Shown: positions 10,200 to 19,515 of the stretch, piece by piece | Numbering within the stretch: the first letter of the stretch is position 1 | Layout of the letters: the number at the start of each line of letters is the position of its first letter | Origin: Nitrospinaceae bacterium | GTDB taxonomy: Bacteria > Nitrospinota > Nitrospinia > Nitrospinales > VA-1 | Direction of reading: 5' to 3' | Assembly: GCA_029261695.1 (NCBI GenBank) | Contig: JAJDAV010000039.1 | Span: 1 to 55,805, forward strand | DNA length: 55,805 nt | Made by a program: the position numbers and the translations under genes | The notes under the pieces: model-generated | The model's database searches: none | What the model saw: only the letters and a program-made list of their open reading frames with translations | What the model was told of the DNA's origin: nothing

Positions 10200-12062
10200 T
10201 TATTTCACTGGAGTTCCGGCAGCACGGGCTTTTTGACGCTTTTCTGCTTTTTCACTATCCCACCACCACCATTCTAAAAGATTATTGCTTACTGCGGCTT
10301 GTGAAGCATTTATTTTGGGCTTGCCAAACTTGTTCCAGTAAACCGCTCGGTCATATGCAATATACCAATGAGGCACAACGTAGTACTGGTGAGTGAGTAT
10401 TCGATCCAGGGCTTGAACATTTACAACCAGATCCTTGCGGTTTTTAGCTGAAACTATTTTGTCCACCAACTCATCGAGTGCGGGATTTTTTATTCCCATG
10501 TAATTTCGAGTTCCTGGTGTGTCTGCGGATTCACTTCCCCACATATAACGTTGTTCGTTACCGGGAGAACGACTTTGTGCAAAACCTGCTACTATCATTC
10601 CGAATTTAAAGTTTCTTAACCGTTCTTCGTATTCTGCTACTTGAATAACCTTGATGGTCATATTCACGCCAATTTTCTTCAAGTTATTTTTGTAAGGCTC
10701 GGCAATGCGTTGGAATCCAGGCCCTGCTAAAAGTAGTTCAAACTCCATTCTATGGTTGCCTTTGCTGCGAATTCCATCGCTTCCAATTTTCCAGCCGGCG
10801 GAGTCGAGAAGAGAGTTTGCCACTTTTAGGTTTCTCTCTATGGGTAACCCTTGTCCCGGAGCGCCTACGGGTTTCGTAAGAGTTGTTTTGGGAACATGCT
10901 TTTTATATTTTTTGCGTAAGGACTCGAGCAGAGTTTTTACTTCACCTGTGGGTATTCCTTGCGATTTTAGTTCAGGGTTATTGTCGAAGTAGCAATCGTT
11001 TCGTGTGTATTGTCCATAAAAGAGATTTTTATTACTCCATTCAAAATCAAATGCCATAGCGATAGCAGCCCGAACCTTACGCGATTTAAAAATTTCGTTG
11101 CGTGTGTTCATGGCGAATCCTTGCATTCCAGCGATCCTTGTATGAGGAAACTCTTCGCGTAAATAGTAGCCTTTTTTAACAAAGTCTCCTTTGTAATCCA
11201 GAGCCCAGTCGCGAGAACTGTTCACCAATTGCATGTCAAATTCACCACCTTTGAAGGCTTCGCGTTGCGCTACCGGGTCGAGATAAATTTTAAAAGTGAC
11301 GCGGTCAAAATTGTATCGGCCTTTGTTGACGGCTATATCTTTCCCCCACCAGTTTGGGTTGCGCTTGTAGGTGATGTATTTCCCATACTCATATTTTTCG
11401 ATGGTGTAGGGTCCACTGCCTACAGCCATATCGTCAAAATCTACACCAAAAGATTTTCCCTCCGCTCCATAAATATGTTTGGGGAAAATAAACATCTGCC
11501 CAGTTATTAACGGCAACTCTTGATTGTGGATTGCAAAATTATAACGAACCGTGTGGGCATCAATTTTTTCAATGGATTTTATATCTTTGAAGTACTCTTT
11601 AAAAATCGGGTGATATTGAGGGGCTTTGATCAGGTTGAAAGAAAATACAAAATCATCCGCTGTTAAGGGATGACCGTCGGAAAATTTAGCTTCTTTATAT
11701 AGGTAATAGGTCAGTGAGAGATGATCGTCTGCTACTTCAGCTTTTTCCACCAGATTACCGTATTGGGAAAAAGGTTCTTTGTCATCTGCTGAGCTATCCA
11801 TAGCATTCTGGAATACCAGTTGCGCGACTCCAGGAGCTGTGACCCCTTTTAATGAGGCCGGATTCAATTTTGTGAAAGCTCCAAAATCGGCCAATACCAG
11901 ATTTCCACCTTTTGGGGCGTTGGGGTTGGCGTGATCGTAAGGTTGACCGGGATTGTATTTCAGGTCCTGTGGACCATATAATGAAAGCCCATGTTTTGGA
12001 GTCGCTGTTACCGGTTGGGCAATGAGTAGTATTCCAAATAGCGCAATAAATATTTTTTTCAT
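10200..12062 (-). CDS. yejA: Peptide ABC transporter substrate-binding protein (YejA-like, SBP family 5)
   Basis: Signal peptide; HGLSLYG...NPNAPKGG; AKFSDGHPLTADD; C-terminal WWW. Confidence 0.88.
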   Translation of the reverse strand: MKKIFIALFGILLIAQPVTATPKHGLSLYGPQDLKYNPGQPYDHANPNAPKGGNLVLADFGAFTKLNPASLKGVTAPGVAQLVFQNAMDSSADDKEPFSQYGNLVEKAEVADDHLSLTYYLYKEAKFSDGHPLTADDFVFSFNLIKAPQYHPIFKEYFKDIKSIEKIDAHTVRYNFAIHNQELPLITGQMFIFPKHIYGAEGKSFGVDFDDMAVGSGPYTIEKYEYGKYITYKRNPNWWGKDIAVNKGRYNFDRVTFKIYLDPVAQREAFKGGEFDMQLVNSSRDWALDYKGDFVKKGYYLREEFPHTRIAGMQGFAMNTRNEIFKSRKVRAAIAMAFDFEWSNKNLFYGQYTRNDCYFDNNPELKSQGIPTGEVKTLLESLRKKYKKHVPKTTLTKPVGAPGQGLPIERNLKVANSLLDSAGWKIGSDGIRSKGNHRMEFELLLAGPGFQRIAEPYKNNLKKIGVNMTIKVIQVAEYEERLRNFKFGMIVAGFAQSRSPGNEQRYMWGSESADTPGTRNYMGIKNPALDELVDKIVSAKNRKDLVVNVQALDRILTHQYYVVPHWYIAYDRAVYWNKFGKPKINASQAAVSNNLLEWWWWDSEKAEKRQKARAAGTPVK

Positions 12063-12172
12063 AATTGGTTCAGCTCGATCAGGTGAGTAGGTTCATTTTA
12101 CTTAAATATATTAACACTCCTGCTTGCTTGTGGGTCAACCGGTTTATAACAAATAAATTGAAGGTTTTTTAA

Positions 12173-13183
12173 ATGACTGCAGCCTATTTGGATTTGTCAG
12201 AAAAGGAACTGCATCAACGCGCTGACCAGGCGTATGAGATTTATCGTAGCTGCAAGGTTTGCCCGCATGCGTGCGAAGTTGACCGTACCAACGGTGAAAC
12301 AGGATTTTGTGGGCAAGAGGATACGTTGCACATCTCCTCAAGTGTTCAGCATTTTGGTGAAGAACCTCCGTTAGTGGGTAGCAATGGGGTGGGAAACCTT
12401 TTTGTAACGGCTTGCAATTTACGTTGTGATTACTGCCAGAACTATCAAATTTCTCAGGAGTGGTCGGAAAAAACGAAAGGGACAAAAAGTGAAACGGAGG
12501 AGTCCTATCAAAAAACAGCCTCGGCGATGCTTCGTTTGCAGGAAGATGGCGTCCATTTCATTGGCTGGGTTTCTCCCTCACATGTGGTTCCTGGGTTACT
12601 AAAAAGTCTTTCGCTAGCTCGGGAAAAGGGGCTTCGATTGCCCATCATCTACAACACTAATAGTTATGATGCCATTGAAACCTTGAAACTGCTTGAGGGC
12701 GTTGTTGACATCTATCTTCCTGACTTGAAATATGCAGATCATGAAATGGCCAGACAATTATCCCATATCAAATCTTACCCTGAGTTTTCCCGGCAGGCTG
12801 CACTCGAAATGTTTCGACAAGTGGGACCTCTATCAATAGATGATGATGGTTTGGCGAAAAAGGGAGTTCTCGTTCGCCATTTAGTGTTACCGGGGCAGCT
12901 TACAAGCACTTGGGAAACATTATGTTTTGTTGCGCTGGAAATGTCGGCAAGTGTGCCCTTGAGTTTGATGAGTCAATACCGTCCCGTGCATAAAGCTTCA
13001 TCTACTTTGGATAGAGCAATTACCCGCGACGAATATGATCAGGCCATTGCCTGGGCGAATGAGCTTGGATTTGAGTCCTTGTTCTTGCAATCCCTGGAAT
13101 CCAAGGTGCATAATTTGCCGGATTTCAGTAGCCCCAATAACCCCTTTCCGCTGGATAGCACTAGAAATTCTTTAAATGTTTGA
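12173..13183 (+). CDS. Radical SAM protein, PflX-like
   Basis: CNLRCDYC (CxxxCxxC), N-terminal CKVCPHAC, HFGEEPPL, DIYLPDLKY, LVRHLVLP. Confidence 0.88.
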   Translation: MTAAYLDLSEKELHQRADQAYEIYRSCKVCPHACEVDRTNGETGFCGQEDTLHISSSVQHFGEEPPLVGSNGVGNLFVTACNLRCDYCQNYQISQEWSEKTKGTKSETEESYQKTASAMLRLQEDGVHFIGWVSPSHVVPGLLKSLSLAREKGLRLPIIYNTNSYDAIETLKLLEGVVDIYLPDLKYADHEMARQLSHIKSYPEFSRQAALEMFRQVGPLSIDDDGLAKKGVLVRHLVLPGQLTSTWETLCFVALEMSASVPLSLMSQYRPVHKASSTLDRAITRDEYDQAIAWANELGFESLFLQSLESKVHNLPDFSSPNNPFPLDSTRNSLNV

Positions 13184-13232
13184 GAATAGGGCCACTCTCT
13201 GTCTTGTTATGCCATCTCTTATTTGGTAATCT

Positions 13233-13342
13233 TGTTGATCAATTTGTTCAGGTTAGCCGACCCAGTTAAAAGCTGGGGCGAACCGGTCTGATTCAATTGA
13301 GCAGACTTGAGCTACCAGACATATTTCTGTAGCGGGTCAACA
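13233..13342 (+). ncRNA. Candidate structured cis-regulatory RNA (four-way junction) upstream of ispG
   Basis: Closing stem TGTTGATC/GGTCAACA enclosing three hairpins, paired by hand. Confidence 0.35.
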
Positions 13343-13382
13343 TTTCTCCCAGACAACTATCCTAAAACAGGAACGATAAATA

Positions 13383-14531
13383 ATGCAGCCTAGAAAGACC
13401 CGAAAGATTCGTATTGGAAAAGTAGTGATAGGGGGAGATTCTCCCATCGCGGTTCAGAGTATGGCAGCGACACAAACAACAGATTTGACTGCGACTGCCA
13501 GGCAAATAGAAGTACTGGAAAAGGCCAACGCCGATGTTATTCGCATTGCGGTGGACAGCGAAAAAGATGTTGAAGCCTTGAAAGCTCTGCGGGAAAAATT
13601 TCCAGACAGCACATGGTCTGTGGACCTGCAAGAGAATTACAAGCTGGCTCCTCTGGTTGCTCCTTGGGTTAACAAAATTAGATATAATCCCGGCCACTTA
13701 TTTCACCTCGAAAAAGAAAAATCCATCCGCGAAAAAGTAGAATTTATCGTCAAGGCTGCAAAAGAAAACGATTGCGCCCTTCGAATCGGAGTTAATTGTG
13801 GCTCAGTGGATCCGGATTATAAAGAAAGATACAAAGACGATTCTACCGAGGCTATGGTGCGTTGTGCGGTAGACCATTGCCAGATGCTAGACGAGATGAA
13901 TTTCGAGAACTATTGCGTTTCGCTAAAGGATTCTGATTCTGCCAAAGTGATTGATGCCAATCGCAGGTTTTCCAAGGAAAGGCCTGATGTTCCTTTGCAT
14001 TTAGGTGTTACTGAGGCAGGGCTTCCTCCTGAAGGAATTATCAAAACTCGAATTGCGTTTGAACAATTGATTTCGGCAGGAATTGGCGATACGATCCGTG
14101 TTTCCCTGACTTTGCCAAATGATGACAAAGGCCAGGAAATTGATGTCGGACGAGAACTCCTAAAAGATATTTCAGAAGGGCGGTTTCGCTCAGTTCCAGA
14201 AAACTTTCTTGAGGGGTTAAATATCATTGCTTGCCCGAGTTGTTCTCGTGTCGAGAATGATAAGTTTGTCGATTTAGCTCAAGATGTCCGCAAAATGACA
14301 GAGTATGCTGAAAAATATAAATTAACGATTGCTGTAATGGGTTGCAGAGTAAACGGTCCCGGGGAAACTGATGATGCGGATCTAGGTATGTGGTGTGGCC
14401 CCTCACATGTCAATTTGAAAAAAGGCACCGAAACTCTCGGATCTTTTTCCTATGATGAAATTCTGGATCAATTAAAGAAAGAAGTTGACCAGATGATAAT
14501 TGAAAAATTTGGCGAGCTTGAACCAAGTTAA
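13383..14531 (+). CDS. ispG: (E)-4-hydroxy-3-methylbut-2-enyl-diphosphate synthase
   Basis: [51 protein letters not shown]. Confidence 0.97.
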   Translation: MQPRKTRKIRIGKVVIGGDSPIAVQSMAATQTTDLTATARQIEVLEKANADVIRIAVDSEKDVEALKALREKFPDSTWSVDLQENYKLAPLVAPWVNKIRYNPGHLFHLEKEKSIREKVEFIVKAAKENDCALRIGVNCGSVDPDYKERYKDDSTEAMVRCAVDHCQMLDEMNFENYCVSLKDSDSAKVIDANRRFSKERPDVPLHLGVTEAGLPPEGIIKTRIAFEQLISAGIGDTIRVSLTLPNDDKGQEIDVGRELLKDISEGRFRSVPENFLEGLNIIACPSCSRVENDKFVDLAQDVRKMTEYAEKYKLTIAVMGCRVNGPGETDDADLGMWCGPSHVNLKKGTETLGSFSYDEILDQLKKEVDQMIIEKFGELEPS

Positions 14532-14554
14532 AGAAGACAACTTTTAAGGGCGAA

Positions 14555-15910
14555 ATGATGGAATACGATGTTGAAGAATTAGAGGAGCTTAAACGTAAAC
14601 TGAATATCACCATTCCTGAAGATGTGGTATCCAAACGTGTTAATGCCGCTTATAAGCAGTTGAACAAGGAAATGAAGATGCCTGGGTTTCGACCGGGAAA
14701 AATTCCGCAAAAGGTTCTTGAAAAGCAAGTCCCCATGCAATCGTTTGGGGATATGTTTCAAGAGTTGATGCAGGAATATTATGAAGAGGCATTGCATAAA
14801 ACCGGTCTGCGTCCTACGGGTCAGCCAGAAATTGATCATGCAGGATTGCAGGATATTAAGAAAGATGAGCCTCTAAAGTTTTCCGTTATTTTGGATGTTA
14901 AGCCTGAAATAAAAATTAAAAACTACAAAGGCTTGAAGTTCAAAAAGAAGGAAGCAGATATAACAGAAAAAGAAATTGATGAAACTATGGAGAAGGTTCT
15001 CACTCGACACGGCTCTTTAGAGGTTATGCCAGCTGATTATGTTGCGGCACAATGGGATATTTTGAAAATTGATTTTCAAGGTTTCATAGAAGATGAGCCA
15101 ATGGAAAACGAACGGGCTGAAGATTTTGAACTGCGCATTGGTGAGAAAAAGATGCTGGATGGATTTGAGGAACAACTGATTGGTCATAAGGCTGGAGAAG
15201 AATTTGAGATCAAGGTGATTCTTCCTCCAAATTGGAACCAGAAAACACGACGAATTAGTTTTCCAGTTCCGGGAGCAGGGGAAGAGCAGGAAGATGATCG
15301 AGCGACTTTTAAAATTAATCTTAAAGAAATTAAAAAACTGAGTCTCCCTGAATTGACGGATGAAATTGCCAGACGAGAGGGTTTTGACTCTGTTGATGAA
15401 CTGAAACGTGGCATCAAGGTTGACCTGCAAAGTCATAAAGACCAGCAAGAAGAGCTTAGAATAAAAGAAGATATTTTTAATATGCTGGTTAAAGAACTTG
15501 ATACGGACCCTCCAGAATCAATTATTGAGCGTGAGTTGAAATTTATGATTGAAGGGGTGAAGTTTCAGATCGCTCAATCGGGAACGAAAATTGAAGATTC
15601 TGGTTTTGAACCTGAAAAAGCCGTGGTGGAATGGCGAGAAAAGGCAATTTTCAACACCAAAGGGTATATGGCATTGGAAGCAGTTGCTCAGGCAGAAAAT
15701 ATTCACATAACTCAGCAGGATATGGAAGGTGAATATGAGCTTTTGGCCGAACAAACTAAACAGAAGGTTGAAGATATTCAAAAAAGAATTATGTCCAACC
15801 CGGATTCTCTGAACCAAACAACCACCAAGTTGTTAGGGCAAAAAACAATGAATTTTATTTATGCTAACTGTGAATTTGAGTTTTATAAAGAAGAGCCAGC
15901 AAAAGATTAG
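14555..15910 (+). CDS. tig: Trigger factor
   Basis: MPGFRPGKIP ribosome-binding motif; FKBP domain GFEEQLIG. Confidence 0.95.
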   Translation: MMEYDVEELEELKRKLNITIPEDVVSKRVNAAYKQLNKEMKMPGFRPGKIPQKVLEKQVPMQSFGDMFQELMQEYYEEALHKTGLRPTGQPEIDHAGLQDIKKDEPLKFSVILDVKPEIKIKNYKGLKFKKKEADITEKEIDETMEKVLTRHGSLEVMPADYVAAQWDILKIDFQGFIEDEPMENERAEDFELRIGEKKMLDGFEEQLIGHKAGEEFEIKVILPPNWNQKTRRISFPVPGAGEEQEDDRATFKINLKEIKKLSLPELTDEIARREGFDSVDELKRGIKVDLQSHKDQQEELRIKEDIFNMLVKELDTDPPESIIERELKFMIEGVKFQIAQSGTKIEDSGFEPEKAVVEWREKAIFNTKGYMALEAVAQAENIHITQQDMEGEYELLAEQTKQKVEDIQKRIMSNPDSLNQTTTKLLGQKTMNFIYANCEFEFYKEEPAKD

Positions 15911-15922
15911 CCAAAGGATGTC

Positions 15923-16339
15923 ATGAAATATGTAAAAGTAATGAAGGAAGAAGAGCTGCCTATTGGCAAGTCTGCGATTATTGCGGCTGGTGACAAGCAA
16001 ATTGCCCTTTTTAATTATAAAGGGAAATATTATGCGATTACGAATACTTGCCCACACAGAGGTTCGCCATTAGGTGAGGGGCGAATAGAAGAAGGCATCG
16101 TTATTTGCCCCAATCATGAGTGGCGGTTTCGGTTGATGGATGGCGCCAATATGCAGAATCCCGAGTTGTTTATTCCTACCTATCCGGTGAAAACCAAAAA
16201 TGAAAATATATATATTGGACTAGAACCTGACGAGGGAAATATTGCCTACGGTAAAAAGGCATCCAATTTACCATCCAGTATAAAATTTAGTGTCCCTACC
16301 ATTCAAAAACCCCGCAATCCTGACGAAGAACTCGATTGA
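15923..16339 (+). CDS. Rieske [2Fe-2S] ferredoxin (NirD-like) with C-terminal extension
   Basis: CPHRGSPL...CPNHEWRF ligand boxes. Confidence 0.9.
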   Translation: MKYVKVMKEEELPIGKSAIIAAGDKQIALFNYKGKYYAITNTCPHRGSPLGEGRIEEGIVICPNHEWRFRLMDGANMQNPELFIPTYPVKTKNENIYIGLEPDEGNIAYGKKASNLPSSIKFSVPTIQKPRNPDEELD

Positions 16340-16396
16340 TATTTTTCAATTAGAACTCTAATCTGGGCTTGAAAAACAATACTAAGAGAGAGGTAT

Positions 16397-16834
16397 TCAG
16401 CCTGTAGGGTTATCGTCTTCGATTTCTACCCATTTGGGGTCGCCATGCGCTTTGTAGTTTTCTGTGCCAGCAAATGTACCATCATGGTAGATGTTGACCT
16501 TGAATTTTCCGCCCCCATATTTGTCAGTGATGTAAGGAACCGGGTCTTCAATTTCGATGAGGTCAGGGGTTTGGTATTTCCCAATCAATTTAAATTCCAT
16601 CCCCATTCCCGAAGGGAGTAGAACATAAAACTTTAAATTGGTCGAAGCCAGAATTCTTTTGAAATCATCTTCGCAATTCTCGCGGGTATAATTAGGCCCA
16701 ACGTTCTGACGAGCTCTCCGCTTTAGATAGTCTTCCATAAGATTGTAGAACCACCAGTTTTTCTGCTTTCGGGTATCATGAAGAAAAGGGTATTCTACAA
16801 AACCATGTTTGTTAATGAATGGTTTTTTAGCCAT
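16397..16834 (-). CDS. Hypothetical cytoplasmic protein (145 aa)
   Basis: Clean ORF with SD AGGAG, no overlap with neighbours, protein-like composition. Confidence 0.8.
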   Translation of the reverse strand: MAKKPFINKHGFVEYPFLHDTRKQKNWWFYNLMEDYLKRRARQNVGPNYTRENCEDDFKRILASTNLKFYVLLPSGMGMEFKLIGKYQTPDLIEIEDPVPYITDKYGGGKFKVNIYHDGTFAGTENYKAHGDPKWVEIEDDNPTG

Positions 16835-16919
16835 CGGATGACTCCTGCTACTAAATGAAAATAAAATTGATTATATTCATTTATACGCTGGTAGACAAGG
16901 TGAAGGTTTTTTTATTTGA

Positions 16920-17663
16920 GTGGAAAATATGAGCGGATGGTATCAAGAAAATTATTGGAGAACAGGTTTTAAGTCGAGCTTGTATGAAATGTTGACACCT
17001 GAATCCTATTTTGAGTCTATGCGTCAAACGGTAAAGCTTTTACCCGATAAAGAGGGACTGAAAATTTGGGACGCAGGTTGTGGTTCGGGATTATTATTAG
17101 TTTTCTTGGGGAATATTTTTAAGCGTAGAATTAAATATTATGGATCAGATCTTTTGTCTGCCGGGCTTATGAATGTGCAGAAGCGTGCGCATGAGTTAAT
17201 GGTTTCGGATCAGGTGAGTTGTTTTAAAAATGACCTTGCTGCTCCCCCTTTTAAGGAAAACTCCCTAGATGTTGTAGTGGCGCATTTTTCAATTTATACA
17301 ATTAGAGAAAAGGTTAAGCGTGAGCAGGCTTTGAAAAATATGTGGCAAGTCTTGAGGCCTGGAGGATTACTTTTAATCAGTAATCCATCCAAGAATTACA
17401 ATTCCAGCCAAATTATTGAGGAAAGTCTCAAATTGGTTTTAGAGAAAAGAGGCTTTTGGCATGCGCTTATTAAACGTGTTATTTTTTATCCTTTCACTAA
17501 ATTTCTTGGATTAAACTTTATTCAAAAACAGCTAAAATCGGGACAATGGATTGATTACACAAAGGAGGGGCTAGCAGAAGAATTGCATCACGCGGGTTTT
17601 AAAGCTGGGGTTTCAGTAACCGTTTATGCTGGGAGTGCTTATTTGATGTGCGGTATAAAATAG
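16920..17663 (+). CDS. Class I SAM-dependent methyltransferase
   Basis: IWDAGCGSG motif I; PFKENSLDVV; VLRPGG. Confidence 0.9.
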   Translation: MENMSGWYQENYWRTGFKSSLYEMLTPESYFESMRQTVKLLPDKEGLKIWDAGCGSGLLLVFLGNIFKRRIKYYGSDLLSAGLMNVQKRAHELMVSDQVSCFKNDLAAPPFKENSLDVVVAHFSIYTIREKVKREQALKNMWQVLRPGGLLLISNPSKNYNSSQIIEESLKLVLEKRGFWHALIKRVIFYPFTKFLGLNFIQKQLKSGQWIDYTKEGLAEELHHAGFKAGVSVTVYAGSAYLMCGIK

Positions 17664-17779
17664 TCTGATTATATTGTTGGAACCCAAGTTTCTTTTCCTC
17701 TTTTCAGAATGTCTGTATGCAAAGAATTCCTCTTTATTGGTGGGTCGATAGAGCTAGAAGCATTTGATATTTAAAGTGT

Positions 17780-17808
17780 TTGCCTAAAAACGGAGTTTAT
17801 GCTAGTGT
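17780..17808 (+). promoter_or_regulatory. Putative extended -10 sigma70 promoter
   Basis: TTGCCT-N17-TAGTGT with TG at -15/-14. Confidence 0.4.
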
Positions 17809-17857
17809 TTTTAGGTGTTACTGTAAACACATCCTTAAAAATCAATGCTAACCATAT

Positions 17858-18241
17858 ATGAATTTTGAAATAAATATTCTAATTGTTGAAGATCTTTTGA
17901 CTACGCGTTTGTTTTTGCGAAGAACCTTGAAAAAATTAGGTTACTTCAATGTGGTTCTTGCTGAAGATGGTCAAGCTGCCCTCGAGGAGTTGAAGCGGAA
18001 ATCTTTTGATTTGATTATTTCCGACTGGCATATGCCAAATATGGATGGCTTGGACCTTTTTAAGGAGCTAAATAAAGATCGTAAACTCAGGGATGTTCCT
18101 TTTTTGCTTATCACGGCTGAAAAAGAGCGAGAAAAAGTGGTAGAAGCAGTAGCCGCTGGTATTAAAGAATATATTGTAAAGCCGGTGAAACCGGAATCTT
18201 TAGGCAATAAAATTAAAGAAGTAGTCTTTGGTGGTGCTTGA
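17858..18241 (+). CDS. Single-domain response regulator (CheY-like)
   Basis: LIVED, IISDWHMPNMDG, ITAE, YIVKP. Confidence 0.92.
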   Translation: MNFEINILIVEDLLTTRLFLRRTLKKLGYFNVVLAEDGQAALEELKRKSFDLIISDWHMPNMDGLDLFKELNKDRKLRDVPFLLITAEKEREKVVEAVAAGIKEYIVKPVKPESLGNKIKEVVFGGA

Positions 18242-18283
18242 TAAGCACCCCAAAGTAGTACCTCAATTCCCATCCCCTCCTAA

Positions 18284-19444
18284 TTACAGACCCGCATCTT
18301 TCTTAATTGCTTTTGCTTTATCTGTTTTTTCCCAAGTAAACGTAGCTTCTTTTCTGCCAAAATGTCCATAAGCAGCTGAAGGCAGATAACGCGGTTTGAG
18401 AAGATCAAGAGTTTTTACTATTCCGGCTGGTTTCAAATCGAAATGCGAACGTACCAGATTTTCCAAAATTCCTGGGTCCACATTGTGAGTGCCAAACGTT
18501 TCAATACATACAGAAACAGGATCAGCAACACCTATTGCATAGGCTAATTGAACTTCACATCTTCCAGCTACGTTAGCGGCTACCAGGTTCTTTGCAATGT
18601 AACGAGCCATATATGCAGCGGAGCGATCTACCTTGGATGGGTCTTTTCCTGAAAATGCTCCTCCTCCATGCCGGGAAAAACCGCCATAGGTATCAACAAT
18701 AATTTTTCTTCCCGTTAGCCCACAGTCTCCATGAGGCCCGCCCACTACAAATCGACCCGTAGGGTTGACATGAATTTTCATTTTCTTATGCTGTAGACTT
18801 TTTGGAATGACTTTGTTTATCACCAATTCAGTAACATCCGCTTTTATCTGTTTGGTGGTAACACTAGGATCGTGCTGGGTAGATATAACAACTGTTTCAA
18901 TGCAAACAGGTTTATTATTTTCGTATCGTACGGATACTTGTGATTTGCTGTCTGGTCTTAGATAGGGAAGGGTTCCCTTTTTCCTTACATCAGCAAGTTT
19001 TTTCACTAGTTTATGTGAATACATTATAGGCATCGGCATAAGCTCTGGAGTTTCCTTGCTGGCATAACCGAACATCATTCCTTGATCGCCTGCTCCTTGC
19101 TCGTGTTTGTCGTCATTGACGCCCCGGGCAATATCTTTGGATTGCTCGTCAAGTGCAATTTGCACACCGCATGTTTCATAGTCGAAACCCATATCGGACT
19201 GAGTGTAGCCAATATTTTTAATCGTGTTTCGAATTATTCCTGGCATTTCCACATAGCAGTCTGTAGAAATCTCTCCGGCAATTACCACAAAACCCGTTGT
19301 GATCATGGTTTCGCAAGCCACACGTGCTGTTCGATCTTTGGCTAAAATTGCATCCAAAATAGAATCAGAAATCTGATCCGCCATTTTATCGGGATGACCT
19401 TCGGATACAGACTCTGAAGTGAACAAAAAATTTCCTGGGTTCAT
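18284..19444 (-). CDS. metK: S-adenosylmethionine synthetase
   Basis: [28 protein letters not shown]. Confidence 0.98.
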   Translation of the reverse strand: MNPGNFLFTSESVSEGHPDKMADQISDSILDAILAKDRTARVACETMITTGFVVIAGEISTDCYVEMPGIIRNTIKNIGYTQSDMGFDYETCGVQIALDEQSKDIARGVNDDKHEQGAGDQGMMFGYASKETPELMPMPIMYSHKLVKKLADVRKKGTLPYLRPDSKSQVSVRYENNKPVCIETVVISTQHDPSVTTKQIKADVTELVINKVIPKSLQHKKMKIHVNPTGRFVVGGPHGDCGLTGRKIIVDTYGGFSRHGGGAFSGKDPSKVDRSAAYMARYIAKNLVAANVAGRCEVQLAYAIGVADPVSVCIETFGTHNVDPGILENLVRSHFDLKPAGIVKTLDLLKPRYLPSAAYGHFGRKEATFTWEKTDKAKAIKKDAGL

Positions 19445-19515
19445 AAAAACTTTCCTTCTTTTAATTTTATTTATTATTAAACCAGATTTACTTTCTATGA
19501 ATTCGGGGAATTAAA

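Noticed and set aside
13233-13342. tRNA or c-di-GMP-I riboswitch interpretation of the ispG-upstream structure
   Set aside because: No TTCRA T-loop in the right position, no CCA, wrong arm sizes, and no GNRA loop or GCAAA core. Kept only as an unassigned RNA candidate.
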